Part shown: positions 1-12,200 of the stretch, piece after piece | How the letters are laid out: the number at the start of each line of letters is the position of its first letter | Numbering within the stretch: the stretch's first letter is position 1 | Virus record (IMG/VR): IMGVR_UViG_3300010355_000898 | Coordinates: 96,001 to 160,000 of that record | Length of the DNA: 64,000 bases | Source: a virus | Lineage: Duplodnaviria; Caudoviricetes | Reading direction: 5' to 3' (one strand) | Notes under the pieces: generated by a model | What the model was told of the DNA's origin: nothing | Seen by the model: the letters and a program-made list of their open reading frames with translations, nothing else | Databases searched by the model: none | Program-made: the position numbers and the translations under genes

Positions 1-1
1 C

Positions 2-1177
2 TGTTCTGATGAACAGATCACACAGATTGCAACCATTTCAGCAAATGGTGATCAAACAATTGGAAATCTGATCACGCAAGCAATCAATACTGTTGGTGCA
101 AATGGTATCATTCAGGTTGAAGATGCAAAGGGAATGAACACAACATTGACACTTGTTGAGGGTATGCAACTTGACAGAGGATATTTGTCACCCTATTTTG
201 TGACGTCAAATGAGAAGATGCATGCACAATATATGGGTGCAAAAATTCTGATAACTGACAAGAAGATATCAACATTGCAAGAAATTCTCCCAGTGCTTGA
301 GAAGGTGAACAGTCAACAACAACCTTTGCTCATCATTGCAGATGACATTGAGGGTGAAGCACTGCAAGCACTTGTTCTGAACAGAACAAAGTCAGCACTC
401 AAAGTGGTCGCAATCAGAGCACCAGGTTATGGTCAATCAAGACATGAACTTCTTCAAGATTTGTGTGCTCTCACAGGTGCCAATCTTGTCAGTGCACAAA
501 CAGGCATCAGCTTTCAGGATGTTGCAAAATCAGGTTTGGGAACAGCAAAGAAGATCACTGTCGATGCAAAATCAACAACAATCATAAGTGATGAAAAGTG
601 CAAAGAGCTGATCACTGCAAGGGTTCAGGACATTGAAACACAACTCAAAAATATTGCTTTGGGTCCAGAACAGCAACAGCAACTGCTTGAGAGGGCAGCA
701 AAATTGCAGAAGGGTGTTGCAATCATCAAAGTTGGAGGTTCAACTGAACTTGAAATGATTGAAAAGAAGTACAGGATTGAGGACGCCCTGCATGCAACAA
801 GGGCAGCAATATTTGAGGGAATAATTCCGGGTGGCGGTGTAACACTCCTGGGCATCGCCAAAGAATTGAGAAAGCAGGTAAAAGGTTACCAAATATCTCA
901 TGGAGAAGACTTCTCTGAGGGCATTCTGGCACTCTCAAGAGCAATAGAAATGCCTTTCAGGAGGATAGTTGAGAATGCTGGTCAGGTCCCGGAGGTTGTA
1001 CAATCTCGCATGAAAAAAGGCGGGTATGATATTCAAAATCATGACAACAAATCGAGCATGATTGAAATGGGTATAATTGATCCTGTGAAAGTGACAAGAT
1101 TGGCGCTTGAGCACTCAGTGAGTATTGCAAATACATTCATGACAATTGATGCTGTCATCTGTGATGATGCAGAATAG
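2..1177 (+). CDS. groEL: Chaperonin GroEL (5'-truncated by window edge)
   Basis: Frame is open from position 2 (QIATISANGD...VEDAKG). Motifs EGMQLDRGYLSPYF, APGYG, IKVGGSTE, RIEDAL, GIIPGGG, GIIDPVKVTR. No C-terminal GGM tail. Confidence 0.97.
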   Translation, partial: CSDEQITQIATISANGDQTIGNLITQAINTVGANGIIQVEDAKGMNTTLTLVEGMQLDRGYLSPYFVTSNEKMHAQYMGAKILITDKKISTLQEILPVLEKVNSQQQPLLIIADDIEGEALQALVLNRTKSALKVVAIRAPGYGQSRHELLQDLCALTGANLVSAQTGISFQDVAKSGLGTAKKITVDAKSTTIISDEKCKELITARVQDIETQLKNIALGPEQQQQLLERAAKLQKGVAIIKVGGSTELEMIEKKYRIEDALHATRAAIFEGIIPGGGVTLLGIAKELRKQVKGYQISHGEDFSEGILALSRAIEMPFRRIVENAGQVPEVVQSRMKKGGYDIQNHDNKSSMIEMGIIDPVKVTRLALEHSVSIANTFMTIDAVICDDAE

Positions 1178-1464
1178 TGTACACAGTTTTGCACACTGCA
1201 CAATGTGATTGCATCTTTTCATTGCACGCCATCTTTGCTCCACAAACAGGACAAACGTTGTTGATGAGATCTGAGTGCATACATTCAACGTTTGTCTTTT
1301 TTCCAAACATGAACAGCGTGCACAGTGTGATTGAAATGAACAATAGCATACCTGTGTGTAGATATTTCAGTATGAATTGAAACCTATGTTTCAATGTACT
1401 AACACACAAAACTGTTGTAATTATGATTATGTTGCCATGGGCAACTTTGAGGCGAACACAAAAA

Positions 1465-1695
1465 ATGGGAAAAAATCAGATTGAGAGAGAAGATAAGATT
1501 GAATTCAGCGGCATAATTCTTGACACAATGCCTGGGCCAATATTCAGGGTTAAGTGTGAAAGTGGACAAGAAATTGTTGCAACATTGTCAGGTAAATTGA
1601 GACAGAATAAGATCAAATTGTTGATTGGTGATCTTGTCAAGGTTGAAGTGTCTCCATATGACACCTCAAAAGGTAGAGTAACATGGCGTAAATAG
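1465..1695 (+). CDS. infA: Translation initiation factor IF-1
   Basis: EDKIEFSG...FRVK...SGKLRQNKIKLLIGDLVKVEVSPYDTSKGRVTWR is the IF-1 signature; likely start at ATG 1465. Confidence 0.95.
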   Translation: MGKNQIEREDKIEFSGIILDTMPGPIFRVKCESGQEIVATLSGKLRQNKIKLLIGDLVKVEVSPYDTSKGRVTWRK

Positions 1696-1763
1696 TATCT
1701 CTCACCTGAGCAGAATGTGGAACGCTGATGGGCATGCCCATCAGCGTTTTGCTATTTAACATT

Positions 1764-2942
1764 ATGCAATTTCCCAAATATGTTGATGTTGATGAAAAAG
1801 AATGGAAATATGTGAATTCACACAACGTTGGGAATATGACGCTCATTCAGTACTCACAAAATGTGCTGAAATTGGATGCAATATTCAAAGTTTATGAACA
1901 TGGAAATTGTGAACTCACTGTCATGTCTCCTTGGTCTGGAAAAAAGGTTGTCAAAAAATTTGACAATTTCAGCACAAATATGATTGGAAAAATGATCAGT
2001 GAGTGCATTGATGTGAACAGTGATTTGCAAATGATTGCTGAGCTGTATGTGAATGAAATTGTCAACCTGAAACCACTGATCAGTGATTTCATTGAAACTG
2101 GTGATGTTTTCAATCGGTTCAATACATTATTGAACAGTGAAATCAGGTATTCAACCAATTCAAAAAGTTTGCAACAATTGATGAAAATTCTGAAAGATGT
2201 GTTGTTGGATTCTTTTGACAAAGATACAATGAAAGAAATGATCAGTTCACAACTTTTGCACATGGGAGAGGATGAACTGAAAGAATCCAATAACATTCAC
2301 CTGTTTGCAAAGATTGTCAATCGAGTGATTGAACACATTCAATATGAATTGAATTCTGCAAATCCTGAAGTGGAAGAGACAGAACAGGATGTTTTTGGAA
2401 AATTTGCATTTGCAGATGAAAAGTATGGATATGAACAGTCACCAGAACATGATGTTCAACAAGAAAGGATTCTATATCAGAAAATTCTTGATTTCATGAA
2501 TGGTGACATTGCAAGATTGACAAGTGAAGATTGCAATCTGATGTTAAATTTCATCAAAGAAGGAAAATACACACGTATATTCATGAAACCTGATACAGAT
2601 GTTGTGTACAGAGGAATGTCTGTGAAGAGAGAATGGTTCAATAAACATTATAGTGGAGAATTCACATATTCACCAAAATTTGAAGCATCGAGTTGGACAA
2701 GAGATTTTGATATTGCAAAAAGGTTTGCACTTGTAAAAAATGATGATCATCCTGGAAATGTTGCAGTTGTAATCACTGCATCTGTGAACGGAATTAATGC
2801 AATTGATTGTGGTAATCTGTTGAAGGGTATCTATTCGATTGACAGTGGACCAAAAGGTGATGGTCGGATTGCAAGTTGGGATCATGAAAAGGAAATCATT
2901 GTCATTGGTGATGCAACAGTGAATTCCGTCAAAATTGTTTAG
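1764..2942 (+). CDS. Putative ADP-ribosyltransferase (R-S-E class), paralogue 1
   Basis: C-terminal YRGM...ASSWT...HEKEIIV; start taken at the ATG 5 nt after TATTTA. Confidence 0.7.
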   Translation: MQFPKYVDVDEKEWKYVNSHNVGNMTLIQYSQNVLKLDAIFKVYEHGNCELTVMSPWSGKKVVKKFDNFSTNMIGKMISECIDVNSDLQMIAELYVNEIVNLKPLISDFIETGDVFNRFNTLLNSEIRYSTNSKSLQQLMKILKDVLLDSFDKDTMKEMISSQLLHMGEDELKESNNIHLFAKIVNRVIEHIQYELNSANPEVEETEQDVFGKFAFADEKYGYEQSPEHDVQQERILYQKILDFMNGDIARLTSEDCNLMLNFIKEGKYTRIFMKPDTDVVYRGMSVKREWFNKHYSGEFTYSPKFEASSWTRDFDIAKRFALVKNDDHPGNVAVVITASVNGINAIDCGNLLKGIYSIDSGPKGDGRIASWDHEKEIIVIGDATVNSVKIV

Positions 2943-2947
2943 AATTT

Positions 2948-3952
2948 GTGGAATGGCGCATAATGATGAAATATTGTGATGATAAATTGTTGATTGAATA
3001 TTCTGAACAGATCATTAATGATCTGTCACAAACATATCAAGATTTGATAAGAACACTTTCAAAAAAACTTGAACAGCATTGTGATGCTGTTGATGACTAT
3101 GATGTGAAAAAAATTCGTGAATTCATGAATGATGAAATCTATCAGAAGGTATCATCACAGAATGTACGTACATTTTTCATTGATGTTGTTGGAGACATCA
3201 TTGCATACAGGAAGGGTATCATTGAAGATCCAATTGATGTTGAATTCATTGATGAATTGAATGATGAAGAATTTGACGCAATTGTGAACACTGAAATGTT
3301 CACAGAAATGTTTATGAATGTTCTGAAACATTTGGGAGCAAATATCAAACCTGATAGCGATGATGACAATGCCCCATTGGGAAGATATGCATTTGCAGAC
3401 AAAAAATATGATCCATCACCAGAAAAAGATAATCCAACTGAAAAACGCATTTGGAAAACACTATTTGATTTCTTTTCAGGAGAGGTTGAAGCAATTGATC
3501 GCAATTTCATTGATGAAATTGATGAATTGATCTATTCAAATCAATATCAACGAATATTTTTTCATTCTGATGTTGACAAATTGTACAGAGGAATGTGTGT
3601 ACAAAAATCTTGGTTTGAACATAAATCTGAATCCCAAAAAATGTATAAACCACATTTTATAGCATCAAGTTGGACAAAAGATTTTGAAATTGCAAAAAAG
3701 TTTGCACTTGAAAATAAGTCTGATGATATCAGTTTCAATGACACAGATCAGGGTGACATTGTTGCAATTGTCATCAGCACTGACCTGAACGTTGATGGGC
3801 AACGAGAAAAAACAATTGATTGTGGTGATCTGAAGAGTGGTCTGTATTCAATTGACAGTGGACTTGCCAACAAGTTGGCAAGATGGTCAAAAGAAAAAGA
3901 AGTGATAGTGTTTGGCAATTGCGCAATCAGTGAAATTGAAATAGTTGGGTAA
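2948..3952 (+). CDS. Putative ADP-ribosyltransferase (R-S-E class), paralogue 2
   Basis: LYRGM...ASSWT...KEKEVIV; shares the YAFAD..Y..SPEKD block with its neighbours. Confidence 0.7.
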   Translation: MEWRIMMKYCDDKLLIEYSEQIINDLSQTYQDLIRTLSKKLEQHCDAVDDYDVKKIREFMNDEIYQKVSSQNVRTFFIDVVGDIIAYRKGIIEDPIDVEFIDELNDEEFDAIVNTEMFTEMFMNVLKHLGANIKPDSDDDNAPLGRYAFADKKYDPSPEKDNPTEKRIWKTLFDFFSGEVEAIDRNFIDEIDELIYSNQYQRIFFHSDVDKLYRGMCVQKSWFEHKSESQKMYKPHFIASSWTKDFEIAKKFALENKSDDISFNDTDQGDIVAIVISTDLNVDGQREKTIDCGDLKSGLYSIDSGLANKLARWSKEKEVIVFGNCAISEIEIVG

Positions 3953-5186
3953 AATAGACATGAGCATATTTGGCAAATCAGAACAAAGTTTCAATTCAAT
4001 CAGAGATGATTTCTTCAGCGCCGCGGGTGATGCAAGGAACGCAGGCGTCAAGATTTCAAAGAACAGATGGAATTTTTTGCTTGAAAAGATTACTGATGAA
4101 TTTGATATGTTCAATGATTTTGCTGAATTCTACAGTGACATGTATCCACTTTGGCAGGCTGCATACAGTGGAAATCTTGAAAAGTATGACGAATACTATA
4201 ATCTGTATGAAATTCAATATCCCATCACAGATATTGCTCACATCGGTAGATTGAAAAGAATTGACAATTTCAAATTATTGTCATACATGATAGAAATGAT
4301 TACCGAAAATGGTAATCAAACAACAGAGCCGGATGAACCAAATGGTGGTCCACTTGATCAATATGCATTTGCTGATGAACTGTACATTCAATCTCCAGAA
4401 AAGGATAACAAGGTTGAAAAAAGATTGTACCAAGTGTTGTCAAAATATGTGCACGGTGACATCAAAATGTTCCAAAAAAATCCAGAAATGGCAAACCTAT
4501 TGCAACAATTGTCACATGGCGGAAAATATCCTGGGGCATTTCAGGATGTTTCTGGGTATTTGTACAGGGGGATTGCTGCTTCAAGAGATTGGTTGAAAAA
4601 CTATGTTGACGTCACAAAAATATATCCGGGCAGACCAGTAACAATTCAACCCAAAAATTGGATATACACACCAAAATATAATGTCAGCAGTTGGTCAACA
4701 GAATTCGACATTGCAACCCAATTTGCAATGGACAATGTAAATCATGATGATCCATACATCATAACAATGACAACAGAGGCTGATGTGGTTTCTGCTGTGT
4801 CACTTGACAATTTTTACAAATACCTAAAAAGACCAAGAAGATATCGTGATGAACGTGAAATAATCTGTTTTGGTGATGTGAAGGTAAAGAATGTAAACAT
4901 AAGATTGCATCCAATGTTTGGATCACATCTCAATCCAGACTTTTACACAGATAAAATTGATGAGGCACACCAATGGGAAGATATGCCAGGTTTGGGAAAA
5001 CGTGATCTTGAATGTGATTTGGATGACACAGATCTGGATCAACATCTGAGAGATGCTGAGGATCCAGATGATATCAATGACATATATGGGCCCGTGCCAC
5101 CAGATGATGAAACCATTCCAGGTGTTAAAATTGACCCATACAATACAGATTGGGATATGCATCACTATTCAAAATGGATGCCATGA
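3945..5186 (+). CDS. Putative ADP-ribosyltransferase (R-S-E class), paralogue 3, acidic tail
   Basis: LYRGI...VSSWS...DEREIIC; YAFADELY.QSPEKD block. Confidence 0.68.
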   Translation: MGKIDMSIFGKSEQSFNSIRDDFFSAAGDARNAGVKISKNRWNFLLEKITDEFDMFNDFAEFYSDMYPLWQAAYSGNLEKYDEYYNLYEIQYPITDIAHIGRLKRIDNFKLLSYMIEMITENGNQTTEPDEPNGGPLDQYAFADELYIQSPEKDNKVEKRLYQVLSKYVHGDIKMFQKNPEMANLLQQLSHGGKYPGAFQDVSGYLYRGIAASRDWLKNYVDVTKIYPGRPVTIQPKNWIYTPKYNVSSWSTEFDIATQFAMDNVNHDDPYIITMTTEADVVSAVSLDNFYKYLKRPRRYRDEREIICFGDVKVKNVNIRLHPMFGSHLNPDFYTDKIDEAHQWEDMPGLGKRDLECDLDDTDLDQHLRDAEDPDDINDIYGPVPPDDETIPGVKIDPYNTDWDMHHYSKWMP

Positions 5187-5307
5187 ACATTATGTTGCGA
5201 ACCAATATTGCCTGAGCGCTATTCCCACGTTGCACATTGGTTGACATTGTTGCAATTGTAACTCTTTTGTTGCAATCAATATACAACCACACTTGTATAC
5301 AATCAAC

Positions 5308-5577
5308 CTATTCATTTTTGCAAAATCTGTCAATCAGATTTCTGAATTCAACAATTGTGATATCACTACCAACATGGAGAATTTTTCCATTGTAAGCCCA
5401 TGTAACATCTTCACCATAACGCCAAACAGCAGGACCATTCACGTTGTGCAATGATCCACTCACATAATATTTCAACGTCCCATCAGCATACTGCATGGCA
5501 GGCAATTCATTCCTGTGTGGAACACCATTCAATTGAAATATTGTTGTCCCGTCCTGTGTTATGATGAGCTCATTCAC
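5308..5577 (-). CDS. Hypothetical protein with H-x-x-x-G/L-P-A repeats
   Basis: PHRNELPA and LHNVNGPAV repeats. Confidence 0.65.
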   Translation of the reverse strand: MNELIITQDGTTIFQLNGVPHRNELPAMQYADGTLKYYVSGSLHNVNGPAVWRYGEDVTWAYNGKILHVGSDITIVEFRNLIDRFCKNE

Positions 5578-5587
5578 TTATCAGTAA

Positions 5588-5911
5588 TTATCGAATATGA
5601 TGAAAATCACGATGAATTTTCATAATTCCCACAATTTTTGGGTACCATGTACGTTCAATTTCACCACCTGAAAAGTTAACCCTCAGAATGAAGAGATCAT
5701 TTTCAATTCCACATTCTCTGTAACGATACATTGTCGATTTATACAATGAAACAAAGTTGTGTGTTATTGCTGATTTCAATTTTCCAATTGAATCATAAAT
5801 TTTGGGTTTTGTTGATTGACAACCTCCAGAACTGAGCCACAAGCCATTCCGGAATTGACCCATCACAACATACAATTCATCAATCTTTTTGATCTTTGCT
5901 TTAGCTTTCAT
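5588..5911 (-). CDS. Hypothetical protein, paralogue of 21937-22278
   Basis: Shared NDL...SG.E..TWYPK(I/V)VG..(K/R)I.R.F.H C-terminus. Confidence 0.65.
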   Translation of the reverse strand: MKAKAKIKKIDELYVVMGQFRNGLWLSSGGCQSTKPKIYDSIGKLKSAITHNFVSLYKSTMYRYRECGIENDLFILRVNFSGGEIERTWYPKIVGIMKIHRDFHHIR

Positions 5912-6270
5912 TTTGACAACTTTTCTTTCATTGGATACCAAATGCCATATTCATTTGGAGAAATTGTGTACACAACCTTTTTTACGCCCCTATTCCTGAT
6001 CAACAATTCACACTTTTTGCATGGTCTTGCATTTGCCCAATCACCTTGTGCAATCCTTGCAACGTACATTGTGCATCCATAATCTGCCTTTTTGAGTGCA
6101 CGTGCTTCAGCGTGTTTCATTGGATGAGGTTTTTCAGTCTTGCCATTGTGTGCTGTGACAACAGCACCATCTGTTCTCAGGATTACACAACCAAGATAGA
6201 AATTTTTCTTTGATATGTCTGAAACTGCAATTTCAGATGCAAGTTTCAACATTTTTGTCGTTGTTGACAT
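5908..6270 (-). CDS. Zn-dependent cytidine/deoxycytidylate deaminase-family protein
   Basis: HAE...PCKKC zinc-binding motif. Confidence 0.85.
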   Translation of the reverse strand: MSTTTKMLKLASEIAVSDISKKNFYLGCVILRTDGAVVTAHNGKTEKPHPMKHAEARALKKADYGCTMYVARIAQGDWANARPCKKCELLIRNRGVKKVVYTISPNEYGIWYPMKEKLSK

Positions 6271-9200
6271 ACTGTTTTCTCATCATTGTGTCAACATTGT
6301 CTCAAATTCCAAAATTGACATTGATGTCCTGTACAATTGGATCATTTTCTGATCACTGATATCATCAACAATGTAATAATAACCTTTACTGCACATGATG
6401 ATTTCATATTCATAACTCAATTTATGATACAACCAATATCGTCGCATTACACAATGATCATCAATACAAAATTCTTGTACATTTTTTGAAATGCATAAAC
6501 TTTTCAAGATTTTTTGTGCCACATTTTGGAAAATTTAAGTTCAAAATCATAACGATCTGTTGATGTTTTGAACATGTTCATCAATTCACTGAATTGAATA
6601 TGTGAGTGTTCAAATTTCCTATGTGTTTGTTCACAAAAGATATCATACATATACAATTGTGATTGTGCATCCCAAGTGCGTCGGATCACACATTCTTCAT
6701 TAATGGAAAATTCTTGCATGATTATTCCACTTCTATTGAGACGTTCTGACAGACAAATGTTTCTATACATGTTGTTATGTTATCACCATTCACTCAACAA
6801 ATTCACCAAATACATTATCTGTAAATTGCTGGTCCAATTTTGCAATAGTCTTGTTGGAATTCAACATCATTATTGATGATATCTGACAAGATCTTTAATT
6901 CTCGCAAAATTGGTGATTTGGGAACAATGTGTGGCATATACTGTTCCAATCTTGTGCACCATGCAGCATAAACTCGTTGAGGCGTCATGAATGCAATCTT
7001 TTCCATATGTGTCATTGTTCTGTACACAATGCTGCATTCACCAGTGTTATATACAGTCATCATTATCATAAATTTGGTTCTGTCTCAAATGCATCAAGAA
7101 TTTGTAACATCTGTTCAAGATCAACAATTCTGTTCATTTTGATGCCCAAATTGAATGTAAACGTTCTGTACCTGACAGACACATGTCCACTTTCAAAGAA
7201 TTTAAATTTCAAAATGTTGCATTTTTCGTTCATTCAATGATTTTACAACATCATTGTACGATTTGCAATAAAAATTACCATATCTTGGATTGAGTATTCC
7301 AGAACTATAACTGATTCTGAACATTTGTTTTTGAATACATTCTGGGCCAACACTAATTCTAAAATTGTGTGCTGTAAAATTGCCATCATAAATTTTGATG
7401 TTGAGGATAGTGAGTGAGTGTGAAATCAACAATTCTTTCACAACTTTTACATTTCCATTGAGTATATCACTGAGCAGATCAATTATTGTCATCAGATGTC
7501 ATTCTTTCAATGACACAACAACTAACATAACCATTCACATGTATTCGCAATCCAAAATTGAGCTTTTGTGACAGTGCATTATATGTTGTTTCAACGAATT
7601 GATAGTTTTCGCCAATTGCAAACTTAATTCTGCAATATTTTTCATATGTCATTTGACATGACCAATTTCATTATTGTTGCATATGTGTGCACTGTCTGTA
7701 ATCATTTAATGTCATTATGTGAGATAATTGTTGAATACAAAATTTCTCAACATTTGTTGGGGATTGAAGATTTCATGAACTGTTTTTGTTGTGTCAGTCA
7801 ATATGTTCTTCACAGATCGTTTCCTTTCAATCATGCTTTTGTGTATTGATGTTTCAGATCTGATGATTGCATAATCATCCACAGCAGTGATCATGATGTG
7901 TCCATTCAACAATTTCCACGCAAAATTTGGCATCAAAGTTTGGAATACAATATCACCCAAATTTGAGAACAACATTATTGGAGTGATAATGCACACTAAT
8001 CTGACAGTGACTGCAATCACATATTGACAATTGATCAATTTTGCACTCAAAATGATTGGACCAAACATCAATGTTGACAACAGCAACGTTCCAAACAATT
8101 TTGTTATATAACACTGTTTTGGCACAATGTGTTCTGGAATATCAACAACTGATTTTCCACTTGCAATAGCAATTGTTGCCATAAGATCAATAATCAACAT
8201 GATAACCCACAACACTGGTATCCATTTGTGTGGAAACAAAAATCTGTCCCAGAACAGAAAACTTGTCAAGAGGTGCACAATCAACATTGTGTTGTTGACG
8301 ATAATGATGTTGAAAATTGAATAACTGATTGGCGCAATTTTTGTGATTGTTCTATTTTTCATTCTATTGTCCCGAAAAATGTGCAGTTCAAGGTTTTGAA
8401 GGCTCAGTTGATGAATTACCATTAATGAATATGATCAATTTTCTGTCTTCTGGTTGTAATGGCAATACATAGAGTTGTTTCAATTTTGATTCTTCAATAC
8501 TTGTGTTTTCACGAGCACTTATGCTCATCCAAATTCTTCTGAATTGTTCATAGGTCATATTAATCCTGTGTATACATTTATTGTGTGCATGTTGAAGCAT
8601 TCCCATTACTGAACAACATTAAATGTCGCATTTTAGGATTGTACGATTCAAAATAGGCAGTTTCTATGTCATTGATTGGTATTGCATTATGTTGACCTCG
8701 CAAATTTATGATCAACCAAATTCTTCTGAATTGTCTATATGTCATACAAATTGTTCTAATCTAATGTTGAACCCAAACCAATTTCACCCTCTGAATGAAT
8801 CAGCAGAGTGTATGTGTGCAATTCATTCTCAACAATGTCAATCATGTGTTTGTAAGATATACGTCTTACCCAATTCTGTTCACAAGTGAGACGTTTCCGG
8901 AAACACACAATCAATTTTGAATTCATCAACTGCTTATCCATACAATGCCACATGCTGATATACTGAGATACATTCCATTGTGATTATCAATCTTATTGTA
9001 TTCATACAATGAATCATCGGTGTCAACATAATGTTGTTCTGTTCGACCACCAATAATCATGCAAATATTGCAAAATTTTCTGTATGTCATGATCGCTTAT
9101 CAATGATATATTGATACGCCATTGAGTCCAGTGCTCCAATCATACTGATTGCGCAAGCACCACTATACTTTATCATCAAACTTGGTTCCCAACACTCAAA

Positions 9201-12200
9201 AATTGCATTAGGATTGTTCTCAAACAGTTGAATACAATTATTAATCGTAACCCTATCTTGTGAGGAATAGCGATTCAAATCTGGATATTTGTCAACAACT
9301 GCAAGCAATTTTTTGACTATTGATAACAGCAATTTTCCTGTGTATGTTTTTGTTTCCATTTTATGTTCTCAAACTGTTGCAACATCAATTGAACCATTCT
9401 CATATATCACCAATGATATTCTATATGAAATATGACGTTGAAGAATAAATTGCGCTCTCATCACATAATAGTTTATTGAATATTTGGGCTCAGCAATTCT
9501 CTGAAGTGGCGCAGGATTTTTGTGCACTTTCAACCAATCAGCATACAGCAATAAACATTTGGCAATTTTTGTTAATGTCAATTTATGTGTCATTATGAAT
9601 ATCGATTATACCTGAATTTTCAATAACAAGAGACCATGTGCATACACCAGAACGAATACAAATATTTTCTTGACGTTTAGCATACTTTGTCATGAAATTC
9701 AAATCATAAATCAAATTTCCAGTGTATGATGGCATGCAATTGTGAGCAATCAGTTTTTTAATGCACCTGATGAATGCATACACTTGACGCAATTCTTCTG
9801 TTCTTTGTTGTTCAGAGTTCAAATCCATATGAAATTCTTCCTGAAAAATGGATATTCAGTGACCAATGGGCTGACTGAGGCACCATGAAAACTGGACGTG
9901 TTTCAACAAGTTTCTTTTTTAAGATTATGATCTGATTGATTAGGTGCCAAGAATCATCATAATCTGTTCTTGTTCTCAATTCGAGCAATCTTATGATGTG
10001 TCTGATTTCATCAAAAGTGTTGTGCATTTCTGAACCCGATATTACCACAATTGGTGATTGTCAACCATAAATCAGTTCCAGTGTTTGCATACTTGAGTGT
10101 GTAAACGAGTGATTGTAAATGATCAATTTCATTATCAATCTTCAGTATGCCAAATATTTCTTGCAATATTCCATGTTCAACATTGTGCAATCTGTGTTTG
10201 AAACATTGTGTCAATTTTTGTGCACTATTCATATTCATATCAATAGAGAAAAAATACCAAATCATCATTCATTCTGTACTTTAAACACATTATCATTAAT
10301 GGTTGTTCATTTGGCTTTACGCATTTGTTTTTATGCAACCATGATGAATATATTGATTGCAATCCATCATGACGATCAATGAGAATTGATAAAAGTCTGT
10401 TCATTTTTTGTATTTGATTATTTGACATCACAATTTATTGAGCATTCTGATGCGAAGATCACCCACACGATCTATTGCAAGAGAATAATTGTATACATCA
10501 TATTGTGCTGTCATCCAGTATTCATACAACAATGAATTGTGTCCAGATTCACTTAAACGAATTCTGAAACAATTCTTAATGTGTTCACCTGATTCAGGAA
10601 TATTCATTCAAATCTCCAACCAAATTTTCCATTATGATCAAAGACAATTGATTTTGAGTCAGTTTTTTGACGCAATTCATAACAGTGTTTAATTCTGTTC
10701 AACTGTTCTGCAAGAAGCATACAATGATCATATCACAAGATAATATCAATTTCACAATCAAAGGTAACAATCCCAATTGATATATCCTGATTGATAAATT
10801 TTCAACATATAACTTTTATGTTGTATTGAATGTTCCTGAATGTACTGAATTTCATTCTGAACACCATACATCATCCAATCCATGTGGTGTCTGTCAATGT
10901 TCATTGCATGACACAATTTGGCACAATTCATGATTTTTGTCAATTGTTTAATCTGATTCATTACAAATTCCAATCAATTGATCCAATTGAAAAAATGAGT
11001 AAATGTAATCTGTTATCATCAATATGATAATTTTCAAGCTGTTTCATGAGATGATGTAAATTTGTTTTTAAATAGTAATCATCATTTTCATTCATGATGC
11101 GAATGGTAAAACAATTCATCAATTTTTGTCTGTTTCTATTTGACACAAAAAGTTATCTTCCCATCATTATGCACAATAATGTTGCTGATGTTCATTGTTT
11201 TTTGACTGTATTCACAAAAACAATTCTTTCCATAAAGTTTACGTCCATCTGTTCACAACAGATCATTGAGTGCCCAAGATGCGCCACCATTGCAAAAAAA
11301 TTTCAATTCAATTTGGCTGTCAAAATCTTTATATGTTATGCTTGAATTGGGATCATATTCACTCAAAATGTGTGCAATTTTTTCATAATACCATCTGTCA
11401 CAATCATTCCTGGAATTCAGGATTTTTAGACAATTTGACACAATTTCATACTTTGATTTCATCTTTTTGATCATAAAGAACACTTACACATTTAAAATCA
11501 ATTGATCCATCACACAATATCAAAAGTTTGAAATCATATCTGGAAATGTCACCAACAATCACTTGCCAATTGATTATGTTCTTTGACCACCGACAATAGT
11601 AGTCAGCATTTTTTCTCTTGGAACCTTTGTTGTCACCACCATTTGTTGCACGAACAGTGAACATTTTGTACAATTTCATTTGTGTATTGTTGATTATGTC
11701 AACCATTATGGTTCTTCCATTTTATTTTGATGCAAACCAATGGTTCCTGATGTTCTAATTGATAGACACAAATTTGTCCACTCTGTTCCATAATCAATCA
11801 TGAACAGAATGCTCACAATCATCAATCTGTACTGATTGCGTTCATAAATATATTTTTGTTGAGAATATCTCAATTCAGCACACTTGAGAAGTTTTGCAAG
11901 TTGTACGTCAATATTATTCATAATACCACCACAAACCTCCATTGTGATTGATTGTCAATACGTAATTGTTTTGCGGCAGAGATCCAGAAATAAATCCAGA
12001 AATTATGAGGGTTGACAAATGTTCAATCATTATTGTGTATTCATCACGCCCTTTTGGATTGCTGATATGTTCAAGTCTGCGCCCAAAACAGTTCCTGATC
12101 TTTGACAGAATTACAATCTTTTGTTCTGATGACATGCTTTCATTCACGTGGATATCCACCTGTATGCAATTGACGTATACTGTATTTGTCAAGATCATAA

